This document shows, one piece after another, positions 6,551 through 13,458 of a stretch of 42,616 nucleotides of DNA. The notes below the pieces were generated by a model that saw only the letters and a program-made list of their open reading frames with translations, was not told the origin of the DNA and did no database searches. Positions within the stretch are counted from its first letter, which is position 1, and each line of letters opens with the position of its first letter. The position numbers and the translations under genes are program-made. Source of the DNA: a virus; IMG/VR virus record IMGVR_UViG_3300045988_017468, one strand, 5' to 3'.

Positions 6551-7562
6551 AGCAAACGCAAAAGCGGATGCATGGCTTGATGATAGCATCCGTGACGGGA
6601 AAAAGAAGGTCAGCGTCCTTTATTCAGAGTGGGTGGAAGAGCTGAAGCTGACTTGCGGGACGTCCTATGTGACACAATGCCAGCGTTACGGAGACTGCTA
6701 CATCCTGCCGACCTGTGGGAACATCCGCATTGACGAGTTAACCGAGGGCGATCTTCAAAAGGCAATTGACGTTTCGTTCCGGAAGCGCTCACAGAAAAAG
6801 AACCAGCGCAAGCCCATCTCAAACCAGCCGTTGAGCCGAAAGACGCTTATGACGATCCGGGCTGCGGAAACCGCCTTTGTCAAGTGGTGCCGAAGAAACA
6901 AGTACACGGCGCTCCACCCCGACCTGTCTATCCCGAAGAATGCCAGGATGGGGAAACGCACGATCTTGCAGCCCACCGCCTTGAAGACCCTGTTCAGCGT
7001 AGACACCCGCACCTACTATGGAAAGCCGGTATTTGATGAATATATCTACGCCTACCGCTTTGCAGTTGCGACCGGCCTACGCCCCGGGGAGCTGATTGGT
7101 CTCTGGTATGGTGACATCAAGGGGAACACGGTCAATCTTCGGCGCAGCATCAACGTGCACCGGGAGCAGACCACCGGAAAGAATGAAAACGCCATCCGCT
7201 CTTTTGACATGGGAAAGGAAGCACGGGATGCCTATGAGTCGCAGGTACAGCTTCTAAAGGCTCAAGGCATACTGCTAAACTACAATACCTCGCTGTTTCA
7301 GATCCCGTCAGAGCATACGCTCTATCGCCGCTGGGAATCGTATCAGGAAGCAAACGGGCTTGAGCCGAAAGTCTCACTTTACGAGCTTCGGCACACTTTT
7401 GTCAGCGTTGAATCAAGCGTCCTGACTGACAGCCAGCTGAAGATGCTTGTAGGTCATAGCAAGAACATGGACACTGCCGGAGTGTATCGGCACGAGCTTG
7501 ACGGTCAGAGGGAAGACCTTGCTGCCGCTACCACCGAGGCATTCAAAAAGGCACAGGCCTGA
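6426..7562 (+). CDS. int: Tyrosine recombinase (phage integrase)
   Basis: Start at Met43 (MKKRVNTAFW...) 8 nt after GGAGGTG. Catalytic-region motifs GLRPGEL, LYELRHTF and VGHSKNMDTAGVYRH. Confidence 0.93.
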   Translation: MKKRVNTAFWVEKEKRWCIAVQKNGTRKRFYSSTPGRTGQREANAKADAWLDDSIRDGKKKVSVLYSEWVEELKLTCGTSYVTQCQRYGDCYILPTCGNIRIDELTEGDLQKAIDVSFRKRSQKKNQRKPISNQPLSRKTLMTIRAAETAFVKWCRRNKYTALHPDLSIPKNARMGKRTILQPTALKTLFSVDTRTYYGKPVFDEYIYAYRFAVATGLRPGELIGLWYGDIKGNTVNLRRSINVHREQTTGKNENAIRSFDMGKEARDAYESQVQLLKAQGILLNYNTSLFQIPSEHTLYRRWESYQEANGLEPKVSLYELRHTFVSVESSVLTDSQLKMLVGHSKNMDTAGVYRHELDGQREDLAAATTEAFKKAQA

Positions 7563-7565
7563 CTC

Positions 7566-7586
7566 TGGTAACATTTTTGGTAACAC
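7566..7586 (+). repeat. 21-bp direct repeat TGGTAACATTTTTGGTAACAC, copy 1 (candidate integrase arm-type sites)
   Basis: Identical to 7775..7795. Each copy contains GGTAACA twice. Confidence 0.85.
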
Positions 7587-7701
7587 TCTTTTTTGTAAAC
7601 GTAGCAAAATACATGGGCTACAAACCAACCACACTGCCTTTTTAGCAAGTGTTTAGGTGCGTTGCAGATATGTTTTTGACGTAACTCAATCATTTTTTGT
7701 T

Positions 7702-7725
7702 GTTCGACTCCCATCGCCTCCACCA
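7702..7725 (+). other. attP core candidate: 3' end of a tRNA gene (T-loop to CCA)
   Basis: GTTCGACTCCCATCGCCTCCACCA reads as T-loop TTCGACT, 3' T-stem, 3' acceptor strand, discriminator A and CCA. The upstream sequence is not tRNA-like. Confidence 0.65.
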
Positions 7726-7728
7726 TGA

Positions 7729-7772
7729 AGAAAGAACGTCATTTCGTTTAGAAATAACGTTCTTTTCTTTAT
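7729..7772 (+). terminator. Hairpin after the tRNA fragment; would terminate the reconstituted tRNA gene after integration
   Basis: Stem of about 10 bp (7730-7739 / 7757-7766), 17-nt loop, followed by CTTTAT. Confidence 0.5.
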
Positions 7773-7774
7773 CA

Positions 7775-7795
7775 TGGTAACATTTTTGGTAACAC
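7775..7795 (+). repeat. 21-bp direct repeat, copy 2
   Basis: Identical to 7566..7586, 209 bp apart, flanking the tRNA-like core. Confidence 0.85.
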
Positions 7796-7821
7796 ATCGC
7801 TGAAAAACAGCTTTATAAACG

Positions 7822-7861
7822 CAAAAACATCCCCGAGGAACCGTCAGGATCCCCGGGGATG
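7822..7861 (-). terminator. Intrinsic terminator ending the minus-strand accessory cluster
   Basis: 8-bp stem CATCCCCG/CGGGGATG, followed on the minus strand by TTTTTGCGTTT. Confidence 0.65.
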
Positions 7862-7916
7862 GTGCTATGTATGGCCGTTTTGGGCAGCGCGGCCACGGTG
7901 GTGATACCGGCGGTGA

Positions 7917-8252
7917 TCACTCAGACAAAGAGACAATCTTCCGCATTACTAGCTCATACTCTTTCGGGTACACCATCTTTATTGCTTTCATGTGCTCGTC
8001 AAGCACCTGCATCAGACCGCCAAATGGCACAGAGCTGGCAGCCGCCACAAAGTCGCTTTGCGGTTCCGCTGCCGTGGAGTACGCCGCCCGGTAATCCGTG
8101 GGTGGAAATGCCTGGGTCTGCGTTTCAGGTGTGTGCGCTTCTTCCAGCTCGTCCCGCACAGTGCAGAGGGCGGCAAGCTTTTCCACGCTCTGCCAGTCCG
8201 TCGAACCGCATTTCAGCTTGTGAATGTGGGTGTTGATCTCGTCAATGTCCAT
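7917..8252 (-). CDS. Hypothetical acidic protein (accessory cluster gene 8)
   Basis: ORF track, 111 aa; AAAGGGGG SD. Confidence 0.55.
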   Translation of the reverse strand: MDIDEINTHIHKLKCGSTDWQSVEKLAALCTVRDELEEAHTPETQTQAFPPTDYRAAYSTAAEPQSDFVAAASSVPFGGLMQVLDEHMKAIKMVYPKEYELVMRKIVSLSE

Positions 8253-8269
8253 GCCTGCCGCCCCCTTTC

Positions 8270-8671
8270 TTATGCGTTGCGCAAGATGTCAGCGGCCCGC
8301 TTGTAGGCGTCACGCTCTGCACCGGTGGCCTCCTGCATCATGTCCTCGATGTCAGAGATCATACGCTCACGGCCATCCGTGCGGGAGTAGTGCCCGCGCA
8401 CATAGTGACGGCCTCGGTTGGCATAGCTGTTGCCCCGGTTGTAACCGTTTCCGGCATCATGGCCGAAAGTCCCGCGCATGTCAGCTTCCCACTCGCCCGC
8501 ACGGCTGTACTCGCCGCCCTCGCAGTAGTCCTCGATGCGGTGGATGTCCAGAATGATGTCCACGATCTCGCCGATCATCTCAACATCACCCGGGGATCGG
8601 TTCTTTTTGTCGGTCAGCTCCATGAGCTCTTCGCACATCTCATCCTTCAGATGATTCAGTTTATCCAGCAT
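8270..8671 (-). CDS. Hypothetical protein with a central Arg/Gly/Tyr/Asn-rich low-complexity segment (cluster gene 7)
   Basis: ORF track, 133 aa; AAAGGAGA SD. Segment GNGYNRGNSYANRGRHYVRGHYSR lies between acidic helices. Confidence 0.6.
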   Translation of the reverse strand: MLDKLNHLKDEMCEELMELTDKKNRSPGDVEMIGEIVDIILDIHRIEDYCEGGEYSRAGEWEADMRGTFGHDAGNGYNRGNSYANRGRHYVRGHYSRTDGRERMISDIEDMMQEATGAERDAYKRAADILRNA

Positions 8672-8687
8672 GACTTTATCTCCTTTC

Positions 8688-9110
8688 TTATGCTACCCGC
8701 TCAACAATCAAATTGCCGTTTGCAATGCTGACTGCCTGCGTACTGGTGTTCTTAACCGCCACGGTCACGCAGCAGCCGCGCGGCACCTCGATGAACGCGG
8801 CCACGAAAACGTTGAAGAAATTTTCGACTGCCGCCGGGGTGACAATGGCTGTCGCACTGGTCAGCGACTCACCGCCGACAGCCAGCGCCACGGAAATGGG
8901 TCCAACAGTGCCGCCGGTGGGAATGGCGATATTGCCGCCAAAGCTTACCTTGAAGCGCGCTTTGCATTGATTGGTCAGACCCCGCAGGGTCACAAGGCCG
9001 CTGCCCTCACGGTGCATGATGCAGGCAGGGGCTTTCACCGCGGTCTCAGTCAGGGGAAGGTTTTCACCCGCCGCCACGATGACGGTGTTGGAGTTGCTAA
9101 ATTCAGCCAT
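8688..9110 (-). CDS. Beta-rich protein resembling the BclA C-terminal (C1q/TNF-like) domain, without a collagen stalk (cluster gene 6)
   Basis: Start at Met13 (MAEFSNSNTV...) 9 nt after AAGGAGG. Alternating beta pattern, a CC pair, and an ending ...SIANGNLIVERVA that recalls the BclA ending ...SASIIIEKVA. Confidence 0.5.
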   Translation of the reverse strand: MAEFSNSNTVIVAAGENLPLTETAVKAPACIMHREGSGLVTLRGLTNQCKARFKVSFGGNIAIPTGGTVGPISVALAVGGESLTSATAIVTPAAVENFFNVFVAAFIEVPRGCCVTVAVKNTSTQAVSIANGNLIVERVA

Positions 9111-9324
9111 TATCCGAAACCTCCTTTTCTGCACAAACAGGCGCATTTACCGCATAAACGGTTTTTAAGATATCCATCCAAGAATTGGATGGATCTGCTT
9201 TTTCCGTATCAAGCAGGGTTTTCAAAATGAAAACATAAGTGTTCAATTCCATCATGCTCATTTTGTTCTTATCCATGCTGTACAGATAATCTACAAACTG
9301 CTGTTTCAGCTCTGCTACGGTCAT
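9103..9324 (-). CDS. Hypothetical helical protein (cluster gene 5)
   Basis: ORF track, 73 aa; AAAGGAG SD. Stop overlaps the next start (ATGGCTGA). Confidence 0.55.
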   Translation of the reverse strand: MTVAELKQQFVDYLYSMDKNKMSMMELNTYVFILKTLLDTEKADPSNSWMDILKTVYAVNAPVCAEKEVSDNG

Positions 9325-9342
9325 TCAAATACTCCTTTCATA

Positions 9343-9371
9343 GAAAAACGCCGGGACTTTTGCCCCGGCGC
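9343..9371 (-). terminator. Intrinsic terminator inside the accessory cluster
   Basis: Stem CGCCGGG/CCCGGCG, followed on the minus strand by TTTTTCT. Confidence 0.6.
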
Positions 9372-9437
9372 TCTGGTTTGCAAAATCAGCTCAGGGGCTG
9401 AACATTTTCCATTTTGGAAAAAGTTGCCGTGATTCGG

Positions 9438-10277
9438 TTATGCGCAGTTGCCGCAGCCGGTCCCACAGCCATAGTAAATGGCGTTGGGGTTGGGCACCTG
9501 ATAGGCAGGCACGGGAGCTTTCTGCTGCAGAGTCCCGATGATCTGGTTGGTCTGCGCGTTCATCGCGGTGGTCAGGAACGCGCTCTGGCGATCCTGAGAA
9601 GCAGCCCGGCGCAGCTCGTTGTTCTCGCTCTGCAGGGTGGCGATCTTATCGTTGGTCAGGAAGTCGAGCACCGCGCGGGTGTTGCTGTTCTGATTCTCGA
9701 TGATGTCCCGGGTGTTGTTGTTCATGGCGTTCTGCGTTGCGCAGAAGCCCTGCTGCATCTGGTTCCGGGTGTCGCACTCCTGAGTGGCCAGATTGTAGTT
9801 AACGCCCTGGATCGCGGTCTGGGTCTTGCAGCAGCAGTCTGCCAGCTGTGTAGCCAGAGCATTCTGACCCTGCATCAGCGCAACGTTGGTGCCGTTGAAG
9901 CCCTGCTGCATGGCGTTGGTGACACCGTTCAGGCCCTGCTGCACGCCGTTGAAGCCCTGAAGCATCCCGGTGTTCATGGCATAGAAGCCATCACACAGGC
10001 CGCTTTCAAGCCCGTTCAGCTTGTTCATGACGCTCTGGTTGTCGAAGCCACGCTGCAGGTCTGCCTGTGTGACAGCGCTGGTCATATAAGGCGAAGCGCC
10101 GCCCATGCCGCCGCCCCAGCCAAAGCCGCCCATGCCGCCCCAGCCGAACATGCCGAAGATCAGAAAGAGGACGATCCAGCCCATCCAGTCGCCGCCCCAG
10201 CCATTGAGGCCGTTGCTGTAGCCGTTGGCGGGCTGTACCGGCATAGTCAGAACCGTGCTATCAGAAGAAAGAGACAT
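9438..10277 (-). CDS. Membrane-anchored Gly/Trp-, Gln/Asn- and Cys-rich protein (cluster gene 4)
   Basis: ORF track, 279 aa; AAAGGAG SD. TM helix flanked by GWGG repeats (GWGGDWMGWIVLFLIFGMFGWGGMGGFGWGGGMGG). QQGFNG-type repeats, a CCC motif and the C-terminus YYGCGTGCGNCA. Confidence 0.7.
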   Translation of the reverse strand: MSLSSDSTVLTMPVQPANGYSNGLNGWGGDWMGWIVLFLIFGMFGWGGMGGFGWGGGMGGASPYMTSAVTQADLQRGFDNQSVMNKLNGLESGLCDGFYAMNTGMLQGFNGVQQGLNGVTNAMQQGFNGTNVALMQGQNALATQLADCCCKTQTAIQGVNYNLATQECDTRNQMQQGFCATQNAMNNNTRDIIENQNSNTRAVLDFLTNDKIATLQSENNELRRAASQDRQSAFLTTAMNAQTNQIIGTLQQKAPVPAYQVPNPNAIYYGCGTGCGNCA

Positions 10278-10310
10278 AGTTTTACTCCTTTACGTTAGAT
10301 TTTGAAATTT

Positions 10311-10337
10311 ATTCTAAATGCGGCCGCATTTTAGAAT
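10311..10337. repeat. Near-perfect 27-bp palindrome centred on GCGGCCGC
   Basis: ATTCTAAATGCGG/CCGCATTTTAGAAT with one bulged T. Lies between cluster genes 3 and 4 and overlaps the stop at 10331. Confidence 0.6.
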
Positions 10338-10555
10338 CCAAACATATTTTTCATGCCGTTGAGCATCGGCGCGATCTGCTGCGCCCGCTGCTGAATGGCG
10401 TTGAGCTGCTGCTGTGAAAGCTGGCCGGAGGTGAGCATCTGGTTTATCATCTCCTGCGGGTTCTTTCCCTGCATCTGGCCCATAAACTGCTGGAACTGCC
10501 CGCCAATAGGGTTCTGAGCCTGTCGGCCCATCGAATTAAACAAGCTGCTGCCCAT
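10331..10555 (-). CDS. Small Gln-rich protein (cluster gene 3)
   Basis: ORF track, 74 aa; AAGGAGGG SD. About a quarter of the residues are Gln. Confidence 0.6.
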   Translation of the reverse strand: MGSSLFNSMGRQAQNPIGGQFQQFMGQMQGKNPQEMINQMLTSGQLSQQQLNAIQQRAQQIAPMLNGMKNMFGF

Positions 10556-10558
10556 CGT

Positions 10559-11002
10559 TTAGCCCTCCTTTTCCGGCTCTGGTGCTTCTTGCTTCTCCAA
10601 CGCCGCCAGCTTTGCCGCCAACTCGTCGAACTCCTTGCGGGTGACATACTCCCCGCCTGCGGCTTGCGTGGCTGCAATCGACGCTTTGGGGACGCTGGTG
10701 CGTTCCTTGTAGTCGTAGATTCGGAGCGGAAACGGCCTGCCGTCCTGCCCAACTTCTTTGATGTAAAAGGTATCGGAATCAGCATCCAGTAAAAGCACCC
10801 GGCTCCCGTTGGCGACCAGATAGCCCCGGGCCGCTGCTTCGCCTTGCACCCAGATAAAGCCGCTGTCAGTCGGTGCGGCCTGCCCCTGCATTGTCGGCAT
10901 CATGACGGGCTGGGGTTGGTACTGTGCTGCCCTGAGCTGTTCAAGCTGCCCCTGCGGCTGTTGCGGGTAAAACACTTGCGGGTATCCGTTATAGATCGGC
11001 AT
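10559..11002 (-). CDS. Protein with a Pro/Gln/Tyr-rich N-terminus, beta-rich core and Glu-rich tail (cluster gene 2)
   Basis: Start at Met16 (MPIYNGYPQVFYPQQPQ...) 6 nt after AAGGAGG. Core motif FIWVQGEAAARGYLVANGSRVLLLDADSDTFYIKEV. Confidence 0.6.
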   Translation of the reverse strand: MPIYNGYPQVFYPQQPQGQLEQLRAAQYQPQPVMMPTMQGQAAPTDSGFIWVQGEAAARGYLVANGSRVLLLDADSDTFYIKEVGQDGRPFPLRIYDYKERTSVPKASIAATQAAGGEYVTRKEFDELAAKLAALEKQEAPEPEKEG

Positions 11003-11381
11003 CGTTTTCCTCCTTGTACCAGTAGTAGATCGGGCATTCTGCGCCACTGTCCCAGCTGTCCCACCACGCGCCGTCGATGACGGTCAGAACGTGGCCGGAG
11101 CAGCCCAGCACATACACGCCGTGCGGGTACTCCCGGGCAAAATCTGCCACGGTGTAACAGGTGGTGCAGTCCGCCTCCACCATGCCGCGCTTGTAACCCT
11201 GCTTTTGGAGGTATGCGCCCCATGTGCGGTTGGCGCTGGGCATATCGCCGACGATAAAGCCAGTAAGCGCAAGCCCAAGGTAAGCTTTCTCCCAGTCTTG
11301 GCCCGTTGCGGCTGCCACGGCCCGCACTACGCAGTCCCCTACGCTGCTCCCGCGCGGGTTCGGGTTAAACTTGTGCCACAT
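10989..11381 (-). CDS. Putative papain-fold Cys/His peptidase-like protein (cluster gene 1)
   Basis: Start at Met17 (MWHKFNPNPRGSSVGDCVVRA...) 6 nt after AGGGAGGGG. Candidate catalytic Cys in GDC and His in CSGHVLTVIDG. The function is inferred. Confidence 0.45.
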   Translation of the reverse strand: MWHKFNPNPRGSSVGDCVVRAVAAATGQDWEKAYLGLALTGFIVGDMPSANRTWGAYLQKQGYKRGMVEADCTTCYTVADFAREYPHGVYVLGCSGHVLTVIDGAWWDSWDSGAECPIYYWYKEENDADL

Positions 11382-11451
11382 GGTGCGCCCCTCCCTTTGC
11401 GACCATAGTACCTTTTCTGCTGAACCCATGCGTTAAACGAACGTACAACGA

Positions 11452-11498
11452 AGGACAAAAAGAAAAGCGCCCACACGGCACAGGACTGTGTAGGCGCT
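11452..11498 (-). terminator. Minus-strand intrinsic terminator upstream of the accessory cluster (insulator-like)
   Basis: Stem AGCGCC-ACAC / GTGT-GGCGCT, followed on the minus strand by TTTTCTTTTTG. Confidence 0.55.
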
Positions 11499-11540
11499 CA
11501 ATCATTTGCACTCAATGAGTACAATATTTTCAAAAAGTGC

Positions 11541-11569
11541 TTGACGTTTACACTCATTGGGTGTATAAT
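11541..11569 (+). promoter_or_regulatory. Near-consensus promoter TTGACG-17-TATAAT of the plus-strand moron cassette
   Basis: Hexamers at 11541..11546 and 11564..11569 with an exact 17-bp spacer. Confidence 0.7.
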
Positions 11570-11614
11570 AAAGATAGTGAAAGATACAAACACACAACAT
11601 GGAGGTGCAAAATT

Positions 11615-11794
11615 ATGAGAAACGCTATTGAAATCGCCGCTGATATCCGCAATACTGCAGCGTGGGATCTCGAGCTGTGCGAAGAACTGTGCGAGGCGGC
11701 CGGAATGGAAGACGAGTGGAACACGGCAGACGGCGATAACTTTGAGGCTGTCGTTGAAGCCGCCGCTGAAAAACTGGGCGTTGAGATCTACTAA
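11615..11794 (+). CDS. Small highly acidic protein (59 aa; 16 Asp/Glu against 3 Arg/Lys)
   Basis: Start at Met27 (MRNAIEIAADIRNTAAWDLELCEELCEAAGMEDEWNTADGDNFEAVVEAAAEKLGVEIY) 9 nt after GGAGG. Confidence 0.65.
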   Translation: MRNAIEIAADIRNTAAWDLELCEELCEAAGMEDEWNTADGDNFEAVVEAAAEKLGVEIY

Positions 11795-11795
11795 A

Positions 11796-11842
11796 TAAAA
11801 AATCCCCCGCCCGATGCTTGCCACACCGAACGGGGGATTTTG
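11796..11842. terminator. Bidirectional intrinsic terminator
   Basis: Stem ATCCCCCG/CGGGGGAT with A-run and T-run flanks and a 21-nt loop. Confidence 0.6.
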
Positions 11843-11848
11843 TGAAAG

Positions 11849-11867
11849 ACACCTCACACGGAGGTGT
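11849..11867. promoter_or_regulatory. Inverted repeat ACACCTC-N5-GAGGTGT, candidate operator for the downstream HTH protein
   Basis: Perfect 7-bp arms located 38 bp upstream of the 11905 start. Confidence 0.35.
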
Positions 11868-11904
11868 GCATTTATCCTATCACACGAAAGGAAGGAAGTC
11901 AATC

Positions 11905-12222
11905 ATGTATACCAAAGCAGAGCTTTTTTCAATGGCCGCAGAGCAGCCGAAGGAAATCTTTGTCAACAACATCACTCTGAGCGTACCAGACGATGCTGAC
12001 AGCTGCCTTAATCTGGATGCTGAGAAGGAAAAGCTGTCCTCCATCTGGGATCTGGCGCACTTGTCTATGCGGGAGCTGGTCTCACGCACTGGCCTGTCTC
12101 AGACCGCTTTTGCAAAGCGGACGGGTATCCCGCTTCGCACGGTGCAGAACTGGTGTGTCGGCACCCGCGACTGCCCGGCATACGTCCGCTTCCTGCTGGC
12201 CGAGCACTATGGGCTGATCTGA
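11905..12222 (+). CDS. HTH DNA-binding protein (XRE-like, C-terminal HTH)
   Basis: Start at Met30 (MYTKAELF...) behind AAGGAAGGAAG. HTH segment MRELVSRTGLSQTAFAKRTGIPLRTVQNWCVG. Confidence 0.7.
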   Translation: MYTKAELFSMAAEQPKEIFVNNITLSVPDDADSCLNLDAEKEKLSSIWDLAHLSMRELVSRTGLSQTAFAKRTGIPLRTVQNWCVGTRDCPAYVRFLLAEHYGLI

Positions 12223-12235
12223 GGGGGATTCCGGT

Positions 12236-13186
12236 ATGGCATCAAAAGACTTGACGGGTCATACTTTTGGGAGCTGGATCGTGATAGGTGCATCCGAAAA
12301 GAGCGGCTATGTAAAATGCCGCTGCAAGTGCGGCACAGAAAGAGATGTCCTTCGAGAATCCCTGACCCGAGGGGCAAGCAAGTCCTGTGGGTGCGTTCAT
12401 ACCAGGAGCGAGGCCCAGCTCAAGATGGACGAGCGGAGAAAAAAAGAGGGAGACCTTACTGGAAAGCGGTTTGGGCGTTGGACTGTCTTGCATCGTGCGG
12501 AAAAAGATGGGTATTTTACATGCCAGTGTGAGTGTGGCACTATAAAAGATGTGTATCGGCATAGCCTTATGTCCGGAATGAGCACAGGCTGTCAGCATTG
12601 CGCTTTCTCGCATAGCGATGCAATGAAGAGCGCAGCAGCCCAAAAATCCGCCAAAGCAAAAAAATCCGCTATCGAAAAGTACGAAGGGAAGACTGTGAGC
12701 GGCTGGAAGATCATCGAAATCCTACCCCCTCGAAAGCCAGACGTATCCATGTGGTGCAAAGCAGTCTGCCCGCAGTGCGGAAAAATCGTTGAAGTCAGAC
12801 TTTCAAACATAACACGCACTAACCCTATACTTCGGTGCTCCGACTGTGCCCGTGACATGAAAGACAAGGTCGATGTCATCCACAGCGTTACCCAGGTGGA
12901 TGGCTCTTCCCTCTCCTCTGTGAAATCGCGGATGGGCGGAAAGGTCAACCGGAACTCCAAGACCGGAGTAAACGGCGTTGTAAAAAGGCCGAACGGGCGG
13001 TACTTTGCCTATATCAACTTCAAAAGGAAACAAATTTATCTCGGCCTGTACGAAAGCCTTGACGATGCGATTGCCGCCCGGAAAAAGGCGGAAGCGGCGA
13101 TTTATGGCGAGTATCTTGACCAGCATGAAGGTTGGGAAGAAGAGCTTGCAAGCCGTCTCAAAGAACTCAAAAAAGAGAAAAAATAG
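12236..13186 (+). CDS. Protein with three Cys4 zinc-ribbon-like modules and a C-terminal AP2-type DNA-binding domain
   Basis: Three repeats of L(T)G..FG.W.V........Y..C.C.CG...V....L..G...(S/T)CG(C). C-terminal GVNGVVKRPNGRYFAYINFKRKQIYLGLYESLDDAIAARKKAE is AP2-like. No HNH motif seen. Confidence 0.7.
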   Translation: MASKDLTGHTFGSWIVIGASEKSGYVKCRCKCGTERDVLRESLTRGASKSCGCVHTRSEAQLKMDERRKKEGDLTGKRFGRWTVLHRAEKDGYFTCQCECGTIKDVYRHSLMSGMSTGCQHCAFSHSDAMKSAAAQKSAKAKKSAIEKYEGKTVSGWKIIEILPPRKPDVSMWCKAVCPQCGKIVEVRLSNITRTNPILRCSDCARDMKDKVDVIHSVTQVDGSSLSSVKSRMGGKVNRNSKTGVNGVVKRPNGRYFAYINFKRKQIYLGLYESLDDAIAARKKAEAAIYGEYLDQHEGWEEELASRLKELKKEKK

Positions 13187-13227
13187 AAAAACCCCCGATG
13201 CTCCAAACGGAACACCGGGGGTTTGCT
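13187..13227. terminator. Bidirectional intrinsic terminator between the convergent cassette and the late operon
   Basis: Stem ACCCCCG/CGGGGGT with A-run and T-run flanks and an 18-nt loop. Confidence 0.65.
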
Positions 13228-13458
13228 TTACTCAAAAACTTTTGCAATGCTTTTCAGCCGATAGCCTATTGCCGTCCGGCTGTAATGCGTCTGTGCTGCA
13301 ATGTCCGGCAATGGAAGCCGCTCAACGTACCGCAAAAGAGCTATCTTCCGGTCTACCCTCCCAAGCGGTGCGGTTTTGATGGCGGCGGTCATCTGTTGTC
13401 GGTCAAGTCCTTGCAGGCACAGTGGCAGCACCACACGAGCCGCCGCCACAGGCAGCAC
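13228..13458 (-). CDS. Sigma-70 region-4-like HTH ORF, possibly the 3' part of a frameshifted gene
   Basis: RVDRKIALLRYVERLPLPDIAAQTHYSRTAIGYRLKSIAKVF. No SD in front of any candidate start. Confidence 0.4.
   Translation of the reverse strand: MLPVAAARVVLPLCLQGLDRQQMTAAIKTAPLGRVDRKIALLRYVERLPLPDIAAQTHYSRTAIGYRLKSIAKVFE

Noticed and set aside
9414-10298. Long plus-strand ORFs opposite minus-strand genes (for example 9414..10298, 16445..17491, 19428..20756, 20781..22394, 25411..26835, 27818..28642, 39187..40443)
   Set aside because: These are shadow ORFs typical of high-GC DNA. They lie antisense to genes with clear homology-like motifs and strong SDs. Their translations are Ala/Gly/Arg/His-rich with no motifs.
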